A DNA stretch of 64,000 bases, taken from the NCBI GenBank assembly GCA_965215505.1, contig OZ244065.1, forward strand, positions 1,024,001 through 1,088,000, in the 5' to 3' direction. The translations under genes and the position numbers were made by a program. Below are positions 8,669-17,936 of the stretch, piece by piece (within the stretch, counting starts at the first letter, position 1; the number at the start of each line of letters is the position of its first letter). A model generated the notes under the pieces. The model searched no databases. It saw nothing but the letters and a program-made list of their open reading frames with translations, and was not told the origin of the DNA. The stretch comes from Capsulimonadaceae bacterium. Lineage in GTDB: Bacteria > Armatimonadota > Armatimonadia > Armatimonadales > Capsulimonadaceae.

Positions 8669-10570
8669 ATGCCAGAGTATCTCGCCCCAGGATTGTTCGT
8701 CGAGGAGATCGACAGCGGAAGTAAACCCATCGAAGGGGTCGGCACCAACACGGCCGCCTTCATCGGCTACGCCAAGAGCGGGCCGTTCAACAAGCCGACC
8801 TTCATCAGCGACTGGACCTCGTTCTGCCGCTGGTTCGGCGAGGAGGAAAACGGCCTCACCGCCGCGCTCTGCGCCGAGCTGGGCATGACGGTGTCCGAGG
8901 TCCGCACCGCCAAAGAGGCCTCGCGCAAGGGCTGGACCGAGTTCGCGTCGGCCGCCGTGGACAAGGCGGCAAGGGAGAAGAAGACGGCCACGGTCAAGAG
9001 CTTCCAGCAGCTCCTGAAGGACTACAAGATTGACCGCAGCGGCCTCCCGTACATGGAGGACAGCTACTTGGCGCATGCCGTCAAGGGCTACTACAACAAC
9101 GGCGGCGGGCGGGCCTACATCGTCCGCATCGCTCACCCCAACGACATGAAGGCGCTGGCGGGTAAGCCGGAGGCGGGCACCAAGCCGGTCCGGACCGAGG
9201 CCGCCCCCGCCCAGATCACGGCCGGGCCGCTCCTGCTGACCGCCCAGAAGCCGGGCGCGGCGGGCAACGACATCAAGGTCGAGGTCGAACACGCGGGCGA
9301 CGGCAATGAGTTCAAGCTCAAGATCACTCAGGGCGACGGTGCCCCCGAGATGTTCCCGCCGAACCCCAAAGACAAGCCGCTCACCCTGGAGAGCGTGGCA
9401 GAGACGATCAACCGGCACTCCAAGCTGGTCAGGCTGGAGGTGGCGAAAGACGTCGCCACCGCCGCGCGCCCCGACATGAAGGTCTTCGTGCTGGCGGGCG
9501 GGGCCGAGGCGACCGAGACGCAGCTCGCCAAGGCGTCCGGCACGACCGCCCTCGCCCCCGCCGGCTCGCCGCTCTCCAACGGGCTTGCCAGCCTGCGCGC
9601 GGACGACTTCATCGGCGACGCCGCCCAGCGCAGCGGGCTGGGCGGCCTGGTCCCCGTGGACGGCGTCAACATGATCGCCATCCCGGACCTGATGGCGGGC
9701 GTCTGGAAGCGCGAGAAGATCCTCGTGGGCGACAAGGAGGAGTTCACCGAGGAGACGCTGGTCCTGGACGACAAGCGCCGCGAGGCGATCCTCGCCGACC
9801 AGGCCGCCCTGGTCCAGCACTGCGAGCTGGCGGGCTACCGCATGGCGATCCTCGACCCGCTGCCCGGCCTTTCGCCGCAGGAGGTCAACGACGTCACGAT
9901 GGGGGTCAACTGGGGCTGTGAACACGGCCAGGCGGCCATCTACTACCCGTGGATCAAGATTGCCGACCCCGTGAACAAGGGCCAGCAGATCTTCGTGCCG
10001 CCGTCTGGCCACATGGCGGGCGTCTGGGCGCGCGTCGGCGGCGAGCGGGGCGTCCACAAGGCCCCCGCTAATGAGGCCGTCATGGGCGCGGTGGGCATGG
10101 AGGTGCAGGTCACCAAGGGCGAGCAGGAGATCCTGAACCCCAACGGCATCAACTGCATCCGCTCCTTCCCCGGCACCGGCATCCGCGTCTGGGGCGCGCG
10201 CACCCTGGCGACGCGCGGCAACCCGTCCTGGAAGTACGTCAACGTCCGGCGGCTCTTCAACTACCTCGAAGAGTCCATGGAGCAGAACCTCCAGTGGGTC
10301 GTCTTCGAGCCGAACGACATGGACCTCTGGGGCCGGGTCCGCCGCAACATCTCCGCCTTCCTCTACACCGAGTGGAAGGAGGGCAAGCTGTTCGGCGGTG
10401 CGCCGCAGGAGGCGTTCTACGTCAAGTGCGACGCCGAGACGAACCCGCAGGAGATGATCGACCTGGGCCGGCTGTACTGCGAGATCGGCGTGAACCCGGT
10501 CAAGCCCGCCGAGTTCGTCATCGTCCGCATCGGGCAGTGGTCCGGCGGCGGCAGCATGGCCGAGGCATAG
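8669..10570 (+). CDS. Contractile tail sheath protein (Afp2-4/Pvc2-4-like)
   Basis: MPEYLAPGLFVEEI, IEGVGTNTAAFIG, YYNNGGGRAYIVR, AIYYPWI, VPPSGHMAGVWAR, GVHKAPAN, WGARTL, YVNVRRL, WVVFEPND, PVKPAEFV. AAAGGAG RBS. Confidence 0.97.
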   Translation: MPEYLAPGLFVEEIDSGSKPIEGVGTNTAAFIGYAKSGPFNKPTFISDWTSFCRWFGEEENGLTAALCAELGMTVSEVRTAKEASRKGWTEFASAAVDKAAREKKTATVKSFQQLLKDYKIDRSGLPYMEDSYLAHAVKGYYNNGGGRAYIVRIAHPNDMKALAGKPEAGTKPVRTEAAPAQITAGPLLLTAQKPGAAGNDIKVEVEHAGDGNEFKLKITQGDGAPEMFPPNPKDKPLTLESVAETINRHSKLVRLEVAKDVATAARPDMKVFVLAGGAEATETQLAKASGTTALAPAGSPLSNGLASLRADDFIGDAAQRSGLGGLVPVDGVNMIAIPDLMAGVWKREKILVGDKEEFTEETLVLDDKRREAILADQAALVQHCELAGYRMAILDPLPGLSPQEVNDVTMGVNWGCEHGQAAIYYPWIKIADPVNKGQQIFVPPSGHMAGVWARVGGERGVHKAPANEAVMGAVGMEVQVTKGEQEILNPNGINCIRSFPGTGIRVWGARTLATRGNPSWKYVNVRRLFNYLEESMEQNLQWVVFEPNDMDLWGRVRRNISAFLYTEWKEGKLFGGAPQEAFYVKCDAETNPQEMIDLGRLYCEIGVNPVKPAEFVIVRIGQWSGGGSMAEA

Positions 10571-10643
10571 CCTCCGCCCGTCTCGCCCGGCCGATCGCGG
10601 ACGCCGGGCGGGACTCTCACCCTGACACGAAAGGACAGATACC

Positions 10644-11078
10644 ATGGCAGAAGTAACCGGCGCAGTCAGTTTCTACATCGAGGTGGACGGAATCACCGAG
10701 GGCTTCTTCAAAGAGGTTTCCGGCGGCGACATTGATGTGGAAGTCATCGAGCATCGGGGGTCGGGCAAGACCGGCGAGCAGGTCATGTACAAGATCCCCG
10801 GCAACGCCAAGTACGGCAACATCACCATGCGGCGCGGCGTCACGGACGACACCAAGCTGCACGACTGGTTCCAGAAGATCCTGGACAAGGGCGTCGAGGG
10901 CAACCGCAAGAACGGCTCCCTGACCGGCTACGACAAGGCACAGAAGGAGGTCTACAAGATCAACTTCACCAACGCCTGGCCCTGCAAGGCCAAGGGCTTC
11001 GTGGTAGACGCCTCCAAGAACGAGTTCACCCTGGAAGAGTTCGAGATGTGCGTCGAGCGCATCACCCGCGCCAAGTAG
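10644..11078 (+). CDS. Tail tube protein (T4 gp19-like, Afp1/Pvc1)
   Basis: FYIEVDG, FKEVSG, KIPGNAKYGNITMRRG, RKNGSL, FTNAWPCK; follows the sheath gene. Confidence 0.95.
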   Translation: MAEVTGAVSFYIEVDGITEGFFKEVSGGDIDVEVIEHRGSGKTGEQVMYKIPGNAKYGNITMRRGVTDDTKLHDWFQKILDKGVEGNRKNGSLTGYDKAQKEVYKINFTNAWPCKAKGFVVDASKNEFTLEEFEMCVERITRAK

Positions 11079-11127
11079 GCGAGGAGGCCGAGTAACGGAA
11101 AACAGTAACCACGGAAAACAGTAACCA

Positions 11128-11478
11128 ATGAACAAATCCGCGAAGACCGGCGGACTGCAAACCGAGTTCGACTTCACCCTGCCGCGCGGCTATGTGGACG
11201 ACGCGGGCACGCTGCATAAGCAGGGCAAGATGCGCCTGGCGACCGCCATGGACGAGATTGCCCCGCTGCGCGACCCGCGCGTGCGCGCCAACCAGGCCTA
11301 CCTGGTCATCATCCTGCTCACCCGCGTCATCACCGCGCTGGGCACGGTCGAGGCCATCGACACGAGCGTCGTCGAGAACTTCTTCTCGGCGGACCTGGGC
11401 TACCTCCAGGACTTCTACCGCAAGATCAACGAACTCACCCCCGAGGACGGCTCGGAGGATGCCGACTCGGGGGAATAG
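11128..11478 (+). CDS. Putative tail assembly chaperone (gpG-like)
   Basis: LQTEFDFTLPRGYVD, GKMRLATAMDEI, DPRVRAN, DLGYLQDFYRKIN; conserved CIS gene after the tube. Confidence 0.82.
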   Translation: MNKSAKTGGLQTEFDFTLPRGYVDDAGTLHKQGKMRLATAMDEIAPLRDPRVRANQAYLVIILLTRVITALGTVEAIDTSVVENFFSADLGYLQDFYRKINELTPEDGSEDADSGE

Positions 11479-11636
11479 TCCGCTACCCCTCGGACCGTCT
11501 GTACGAGGAGGTAGCCTACATCGCCTACCACTTCCACTGGCCGCTCGACCGGATCCTGGAACTGGAACACGCCGAGCGGCACAAGTGGATGGAGGAGATC
11601 AGCAAGATCAACAAGCGGCTCTCCGGGGGCGACTGA
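11469..11636 (+). CDS. DUF6760-like ORF without a start codon (gpT-like), probably reached by -1 frameshift; absent from the ORF track
   Basis: The -1 frame reads GGIVRYPSDRLYEEVAYIAYHFHWPLDRILELEHAERHKWMEEISKINKRLSGGD*. It overlaps GGGGGAA at the end of the upstream ORF. Confidence 0.82.
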   Translation, partial: GGIVRYPSDRLYEEVAYIAYHFHWPLDRILELEHAERHKWMEEISKINKRLSGGD

Positions 11637-11722
11637 CGAAACGCGGCAGCAGCCGCGCTCCCGTCGTCCCCTCTTTTCCTTTTATGGAATAATGTGGTTT
11701 GGTAATCTGATAGAGGAAGGAG

Positions 11723-14700
11723 GTGAAAGACAAAGTGAAGACACAGACTCTGATTGAACAAGCGGGCATTGGAGCGGCCGGGAGAAAAGCCAGTGCGTTC
11801 GCCCACGCGCTCGGGGCGCGTTATCACGCCTACACGCAGCACCTTGACTCGGAAACTTACCAAGACCCCGCCACCCATCAATCAAGAACCTATCAGGATG
11901 GCGATCTTACCGGGCCGTATTATCCTAAGTCTGGATACCACGGGCCGCAGTCCGTGTCGCCGTGGCAGACCCTCACGGGTGCCGGAACGGTCGTGTACGT
12001 CAATGGAATGAACAACAACCTGGCCGCGCATGTGGAAGCCGCACAGGCCACAGCAGACAAAGAGAAACACCCAGTCGTCGGGGTCTTCAATGCTACAGGC
12101 ATCACTAAAGCCACGAAGCTTGCGAGCGCCGTCCTCGGCAAGACTTGGAGTGGGCGCCTCGGGACCGGCTTGGGCCTTGCTGCGGACGCGGCCCAATGCC
12201 TTTCGGATGACGAAGGTGATTTTCTTAACAACCCGGCGATCACAACCCTGGTCGAAGTACTGAAACGCGGCTCAAACCGAAACATCGTCGCACATTCCCA
12301 GGGCACACTCATTGTCACCGCCGCGTTGAGGCGGCTAAAGGACAAGGACAGCAAAAAGCGTCGAGACTTCTCCGGCTACAACATTAAGTTCTTTGGCAGT
12401 CCCGCTTCCACGCGCATCGTCGGCCCGAACTACGTCGACGACACATCCAACAACGACGACGCCGTAGCCTCCTTCGCGATGGATGGCTTGTCGCTGCTCA
12501 GGAACACGCGCCGCTTGCCGAAACTGCTGCTGGCTCAGGTCGGCATTCACACCTCCGCCTTCGGTGATAATGAACTCAGCCGCTACAACAATCGCATCCT
12601 GACGCCGGACCGCGGGAAGTTTATCGGGCCGCACAACTACGAAAATTATGAGAACGCTTCCCCCACTTTCGACGAGTTGAGCAACGGCAGGGCGCACCTC
12701 CCGTCACACACGCCTAAGCTGGAGAAGACGACTTGGCCGGCGACGCTACGCGCCCTGACCGGCTATAACGCTTGGGGGCCTGCCGCCGCCCGCAAGGCGA
12801 CTAGTGTATCACGCTCCGTTCTCTCTGGAACACTTAATGCACGGAGGTGGATCGGTTCTCGCGCACACGCTTTGAAAGACTGGGCAGGTTCGAAGGCTCA
12901 TGCGGCCTTCAGTTGGTCACGAGATACAGCCCGCGCTGCTGGCAACCGGCTTGACGGTGAAGCCCACGACTCCGGCCAGTGGATGCTTCGGAACCGGGAA
13001 TGGATCGGCGATACCCTGCACGAAGCCTCCACAGTATTTGGTGTTCTCGCCGCAGTGTTGGGTGTTACCGCCCTGGCCATTCCTCCTACGGCACCGTTTC
13101 TGGTGCCGGCGGCTCTGACGTTCGGGGCGGCGGCCGCCGCCGCGCGGGCCTGGCACAGCACCAGCCTGGCGGTCGGGACGATTGACGGCAGCGTCCGCCC
13201 GGAGGCGGCGCTGAATGAGGCGAAGTGGGCGGCCGTGGACACGGCCCTGTCGGTCGCCACCGTCAGCGTCTCCAACGCCCGCTTCATCGCGAGGGCGACG
13301 ACCGTTCCTGGGATGAAGGCCGTCGCGCCGATGCTGAACAATCCGGCGAATACGGCCGTGACGCTCAACCACATCTTGCAGCAGACCAACAAGCTGTTCG
13401 GGCTGAAACTCGGCCTGATCCTGCGGAACCCGATGTTGGCTGCACGGCTCGGCTGGGTCAGCAAGGCCCTCGCCACGGCGAAGTTCGTGAAAAAATTGGT
13501 GGAGATGGGCACGTCCCGCCTCCTCCGCATCGCGCACGGTGTAGCGCACGGCATCGCGGGGGGGGCTAAGTCCGCCTGGAACTTTGCCAAGGATACGGGA
13601 ACTGGACTGCGGCATTGGGGCGAACAGAGAGCACATCAGGCCGGTGAGTTTTTCCATAACCTCAAGGAAAAGTACTACCCCTCGCCTAAGCACGACAATG
13701 CCTCGGGCAGCGCCGCGCAGGACATCGGGCAGTGCGCTACCGACAAGTTTGGCATTCTGGGAATGGGCATGCGCAACGCGGCCACCAACACACTGGCCGG
13801 GGTCATCGGACGGCATGGCAGCCCGACGGCCAAAAACAGCGAGCTGGACCTTCACGCCCATTCGCAGAGCGGCATGAGCGTCTCCGAGGCGTTCCATCCG
13901 CGGGACGGTATGAGCGTCTCCGAGGCGTTCCATCCGCAGGGCGGTATGAGCGTCTCCGAGGCGTTCCATCCGCAGGGCGGTATGAGCGTCTCCGAGGCGT
14001 TCCATCCGCGGGGCGGTATGAGCGTCTCCGAGGCGTTCCATCCGCGGGGCGGTATGAGCGTCTCCGAGGCGTTCCATCCGCGGGGCGGTATGAGCGTCTC
14101 CGAGGCGTTCCATCCGCGGGGCGGTATGAGCGTCTCCGAGGCGTTCCATCCGCGGGGCGGTATGAGCGTCTCCGAGGCGTTCCGGCAGTTGAAAGGCAAG
14201 AGGAAGGACGTGCGCGGGCCGGATGTCCCCACGTTCGGGAATGCCGCCTGGTCCCTGCCCACCCATCTGCTCGGCTACCATAACCATGCGTTCGGTTCCG
14301 GTGTCATTCCCACGCGCGGCGGCTCTACCGCGGGCATCGGGGCGCTCCTGCGGACACCATTTAATCAGTCAAATCCTTTGAACCCGTTCCTGGGCCTGCG
14401 AGGCATGGTTTCCACCCCAGATGCCCATTCGCGGGGCGGCATGAGCGTCTCCGAGGCGTTCCATCCGCAGGGCGGTATGAGCGTCTCCGAGGCGTTCCGG
14501 CAGTTGAAAGGCAAGAGGAAGGACGTGCGCGCGCTTCCTTTCCTGACCGGCCGGAAGCCGAACACTGTCTGGAGCGCACTGGATCGCGGGGTTCGCGGCG
14601 GCAGTAGCGGCTTGGAGCGTGGCCTGCGTGGAAGCGGCACGACTCTGGACACCGGCCTGCGCGGGAGGGGCCAGGACTTGGACACGGGCTGGCGCAACAG

Positions 14701-17700
14701 CGCCGCCGTCTATGGTTCCACCGCGCGCTTGGGCGGCGGGATGCTGGATCACCGCCTCAGCCGCAGCGGCTCCCGGGCCGTCAAGGCAGGGCGTTCCGGC
14801 GCGAACGCTGTGGATGACTCTTTCGATGCCGCCAAAGCCCTCCAACGCAGCGGGTATGGCGACCATCCTGACGTCAACCCCGCCGCCCTGCGCGCGGACC
14901 TCCGCAAGCAGAGCAGCGGCTTCCTCCCGGACGGCAATATCCGCGCCAGGCTCGGCGGACACCTCGGCTTCGACCCCGGCGGCGCGCGCCTGCACACCGG
15001 CCCCGCCGCCGCCGCCGCGTCCCGCCGCCTGAACGCCGAAGCCTTCACCATCGGCAACGATGTCTTCTTCGGCGAAGGCCGCTTCGACCCGCACACGCCC
15101 AAGGGCCTGGGCCTGATCGCCCACGAACTCACCCACGTCGGCCAGCAGACCGGCACGACCGGCAGCAAGGCCCGCTTCTTCAGCGAGGCGGGCGGCGACC
15201 AGATGGAGCGCGAGGCCCAGCAAACCGCAGAACACGTCCTCGCGAACGCCGGAAGCCGCAGCGGCCTATTCGTGGAAGACTACGTCCGCGAGTACGAGGG
15301 CGACGGCGGGCTGACCCAGGCCGACCAGTTGCGGCTGGACCGCATCTCGGTCATGGCGCTGGCCGAGGCGCAGCGGATGCTGGCGAGTCAGGGGATGCAC
15401 GGGAGCGTCAACGCGGACGCGCTGGACGTGGAGGTCGAGATTGACCTCGGCGAGATGAGCGACGGGGAAGCGGCACGGGCGTGGGCGGGAGTGATTGTGG
15501 CGGGTGTCAGTCAGAGCGCCCGGCCGGGTGGCACGTTCACGGAGCCATCGCGCCCACATCTCGCCCGAAAAGAGCTGGACTGGGACTGGAGCAGCACGGT
15601 CGCGCCGCAGGACTGGAAGTACTCCGACCGCATCATCTGGAATGACACGCCCGGTGGAGTCGCCGGAAGGCCGGACAACACGTTCATCAAGGCTGCGGTA
15701 TACAACACAAAAGCACTTGATCCCAGTCAGTATGCCACGATTGGACAGCGCAGCAACTATTACGAGGTCATGAGCAACATCATCCAGCAAAACCCGGCAT
15801 GCAAAGACGTGAAGTTCTTCGATGCGGCGGCCCAGGTCACCAATGCCCGGAGCGTGGGCGCCGTCGAGCATTTCTGGGGGAGCGGTTTCGGCAGCGGGCC
15901 GCTCGCGCTCCGCGGCCCGCAGGCGAAATCTATTTACACCGATGTCAATGCTGAACTATTCACGGCAAACATGGGTGTCATCAACAGCTTGCTATACCGA
16001 ACAAAAGTGCCGACAAGCCCACTCGTTCCCGGCTCGACCACCCCCATCTCTGCCACGGCATTTGATCTTGAGATGGTTGAAAAAGAGCAGGGAATTGTTG
16101 AGACTCACCTCGCAAAATACAAGGCCACATTCTCACCAAAGACGATCGCGGAAATCAACCGTGATCTGAACTATAAAGGGGTTTATCGTACCATCGGCGA
16201 GATCACGTTCTGGCCGCTTGGTGACGCGAAGGCAAGCTACTGGGCAAAAGCGGCTCTGGGTGTGGGCGACCTGGACTTTTTCAACCAGACGCACAGGATC
16301 GCCATCGGGAAGGCGAAGGTCTTCGGCCTGCACGGCCTGACCGAGAAAGACTACGCCGCTCACATTCATAGCGCCACCACGCCGTCGTCCGCAGGAGCGG
16401 CAAGTTTATCCACCGCCGGGACACCCGTTGTTCCGCCACAGCGCAGGGCGCTGTCAGGAGCGCCGGCCGATCCAGGCCGATCGGAACGCGCGGCGCAGGC
16501 TGTGGAAGCGCAGGCCACGGCGAGCGCGTTCGCCGACATGCCCTCACGTTCCCTGATGGCAACCCAGTTCGGCTTCCAGCCCTTGCGCTCCCAGGCTTAC
16601 GGCACACTCGAACGGGAGGCCGAACATGTGTCTGCCGCCGTGAGGAGCAACGAACCTCATGCCGCGCCCGCGCTTTCGGCCGCCCCATTGGGCATCCAGA
16701 ATTACGACACTTATGAGCATGTAAAGTTTGGCGGGGAGCCTGGGAACCAGCGGATGGTCACGATCAATGGCGTCGTGGTTTCCTATGGGGAGCTGATCTC
16801 CATGGGTGATTTCTTTGAGAACCCGGACCAGATTTACGACACCCCCCCGGCTCAACTCAAAGCGCTGGTGGAAATGATCCGGCGCCAGGTGGCCGATCCG
16901 AAATCCGTGACCGACAGTGACTGGGCTAAAGTCTCGCCGCGCTACCTCGACCTCGCGACCAAAAACGATGCCCATTTCGCGCCCTCTAATCCTTCGCTGG
17001 TGGCACCTGGCGGCAGCCCCGGCCCGGACCACCGCCAAACCTGGGAACGCCTGCACAAACAGGCGTTGGACCTGGCTCAGGATGGCCAGCCGGACCGGGC
17101 GCTGGCGACCAACGCATTCGGCGATCACTTCCTCACGGATGCGTTCGCGACAGGCCACCTGATCAACAAGGGGGATGTCATGGCAAGGTTCCGGTCCCGA
17201 TTCGCCGACTCGAACACGCGCGCGAGTTTCTTTAAGGCTGTGGCCCGGAACGTCTGGGCGGACTCCTCTGTCGCGGCCTACGTCTCACAGTATGAGACCG
17301 GCGAACCTTACATGCTGGGCTGGCACCCGAACATCGACAGTGCGAGCCGATTCTCCGAGTTCCTCAGTGAAGTTTACAAAGCCCAGCCGGACGTGATCGA
17401 CAACGCAGTGGTCAAAATTATCCATGACCGCCTGAATGACACGGTGGGCGGGCTGGAAGTGCATAACGCGGCGGGACAACTTTGGCATCTTTCCGGTGAC
17501 GACACTCTCAACAGCGAGAGTCTGGATATGGGGCGGCGCGCTGTGGATCAGTCGCAGAAAAACATCTTAGGCATCAATTCCAGTCGTGTTCCCTCGCCTG
17601 GAAGTAAAAATGGCAAGGGATACACGGGAGACCTACAGCCGTTGTACAAAAAGGTATGGAACTACTGTCCAATCCCGACCGATGCCAGCGTCAAGGCGAT

Positions 17701-17833
17701 CCATGATGTGATCGAGACAATGACAAACCCGAGTGCCCAGGAGACCATTGTGGCGGCCGGCGCTATGATTCGAGAAAAAATTCACACGATCATTGAAGAG
17801 GCTGTCCGGCTTAAGAAGCTACGCAAAGCCTAA
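11723..17833 (+). CDS. Multi-domain DUF4157 (eCIS core) effector: alpha/beta-hydrolase, hydrophobic segment, repeat-expanded hydrolase copy, DUF4157, unknown domain, Zn-dependent phospholipase C-like C-terminus
   Basis: YVNG...AHSQG...NDDAV...PHNY; AEAFTIGNDVFFGEGRFDP...LIAHELTHVGQQ...EREA; YEH...GDFF...NDAHF...NAFGDHFLTDAFATGH. The start may be GTG 11735 (better spacing from AGGAGG). Confidence 0.85.
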   Translation: MKDKVKTQTLIEQAGIGAAGRKASAFAHALGARYHAYTQHLDSETYQDPATHQSRTYQDGDLTGPYYPKSGYHGPQSVSPWQTLTGAGTVVYVNGMNNNLAAHVEAAQATADKEKHPVVGVFNATGITKATKLASAVLGKTWSGRLGTGLGLAADAAQCLSDDEGDFLNNPAITTLVEVLKRGSNRNIVAHSQGTLIVTAALRRLKDKDSKKRRDFSGYNIKFFGSPASTRIVGPNYVDDTSNNDDAVASFAMDGLSLLRNTRRLPKLLLAQVGIHTSAFGDNELSRYNNRILTPDRGKFIGPHNYENYENASPTFDELSNGRAHLPSHTPKLEKTTWPATLRALTGYNAWGPAAARKATSVSRSVLSGTLNARRWIGSRAHALKDWAGSKAHAAFSWSRDTARAAGNRLDGEAHDSGQWMLRNREWIGDTLHEASTVFGVLAAVLGVTALAIPPTAPFLVPAALTFGAAAAAARAWHSTSLAVGTIDGSVRPEAALNEAKWAAVDTALSVATVSVSNARFIARATTVPGMKAVAPMLNNPANTAVTLNHILQQTNKLFGLKLGLILRNPMLAARLGWVSKALATAKFVKKLVEMGTSRLLRIAHGVAHGIAGGAKSAWNFAKDTGTGLRHWGEQRAHQAGEFFHNLKEKYYPSPKHDNASGSAAQDIGQCATDKFGILGMGMRNAATNTLAGVIGRHGSPTAKNSELDLHAHSQSGMSVSEAFHPRDGMSVSEAFHPQGGMSVSEAFHPQGGMSVSEAFHPRGGMSVSEAFHPRGGMSVSEAFHPRGGMSVSEAFHPRGGMSVSEAFHPRGGMSVSEAFRQLKGKRKDVRGPDVPTFGNAAWSLPTHLLGYHNHAFGSGVIPTRGGSTAGIGALLRTPFNQSNPLNPFLGLRGMVSTPDAHSRGGMSVSEAFHPQGGMSVSEAFRQLKGKRKDVRALPFLTGRKPNTVWSALDRGVRGGSSGLERGLRGSGTTLDTGLRGRGQDLDTGWRNSAAVYGSTARLGGGMLDHRLSRSGSRAVKAGRSGANAVDDSFDAAKALQRSGYGDHPDVNPAALRADLRKQSSGFLPDGNIRARLGGHLGFDPGGARLHTGPAAAAASRRLNAEAFTIGNDVFFGEGRFDPHTPKGLGLIAHELTHVGQQTGTTGSKARFFSEAGGDQMEREAQQTAEHVLANAGSRSGLFVEDYVREYEGDGGLTQADQLRLDRISVMALAEAQRMLASQGMHGSVNADALDVEVEIDLGEMSDGEAARAWAGVIVAGVSQSARPGGTFTEPSRPHLARKELDWDWSSTVAPQDWKYSDRIIWNDTPGGVAGRPDNTFIKAAVYNTKALDPSQYATIGQRSNYYEVMSNIIQQNPACKDVKFFDAAAQVTNARSVGAVEHFWGSGFGSGPLALRGPQAKSIYTDVNAELFTANMGVINSLLYRTKVPTSPLVPGSTTPISATAFDLEMVEKEQGIVETHLAKYKATFSPKTIAEINRDLNYKGVYRTIGEITFWPLGDAKASYWAKAALGVGDLDFFNQTHRIAIGKAKVFGLHGLTEKDYAAHIHSATTPSSAGAASLSTAGTPVVPPQRRALSGAPADPGRSERAAQAVEAQATASAFADMPSRSLMATQFGFQPLRSQAYGTLEREAEHVSAAVRSNEPHAAPALSAAPLGIQNYDTYEHVKFGGEPGNQRMVTINGVVVSYGELISMGDFFENPDQIYDTPPAQLKALVEMIRRQVADPKSVTDSDWAKVSPRYLDLATKNDAHFAPSNPSLVAPGGSPGPDHRQTWERLHKQALDLAQDGQPDRALATNAFGDHFLTDAFATGHLINKGDVMARFRSRFADSNTRASFFKAVARNVWADSSVAAYVSQYETGEPYMLGWHPNIDSASRFSEFLSEVYKAQPDVIDNAVVKIIHDRLNDTVGGLEVHNAAGQLWHLSGDDTLNSESLDMGRRAVDQSQKNILGINSSRVPSPGSKNGKGYTGDLQPLYKKVWNYCPIPTDASVKAIHDVIETMTNPSAQETIVAAGAMIREKIHTIIEEAVRLKKLRKA
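13868..14185 (+). repeat. 36-bp coding tandem repeat x9 (GGMSVSEAFHP[R/Q])
   Basis: ATGAGCGTCTCCGAGGCGTTCC recurs at exactly 36-nt period from 13874 to 14162, with no spacers. Confidence 0.97.
14423..14531 (+). repeat. Second block of the 36-bp repeat (x2) plus duplicated flank RQLKGKRKDVR
   Basis: Units start at 14441 and 14477, followed by GGCAGTTGAAAGGCAAGAGGAAGGACGTGCGCG, identical to the sequence after the first array. Confidence 0.92.
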
Positions 17834-17936
17834 CCTTATACTCAGCCCGCTTGACAGACGCATGGCGCTGCCCGCCGGCCGACACGATCCCTCGTTAAGC
17901 GACAGATGCGTATCAGAAAAATGAAGTGAGGGAACC

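Noticed and set aside
11192-11692. 166-aa ORF overlapping the chaperone gene
   Set aside because: Arg/Ser-rich off-frame translation; the protein-like sequence is in the -1 frame (11469-11636).
13868-14185. 36-bp repeats as a CRISPR array
   Set aside because: The units are head-to-tail with no spacers, lie in frame within a CDS, and there are no cas genes in the window.
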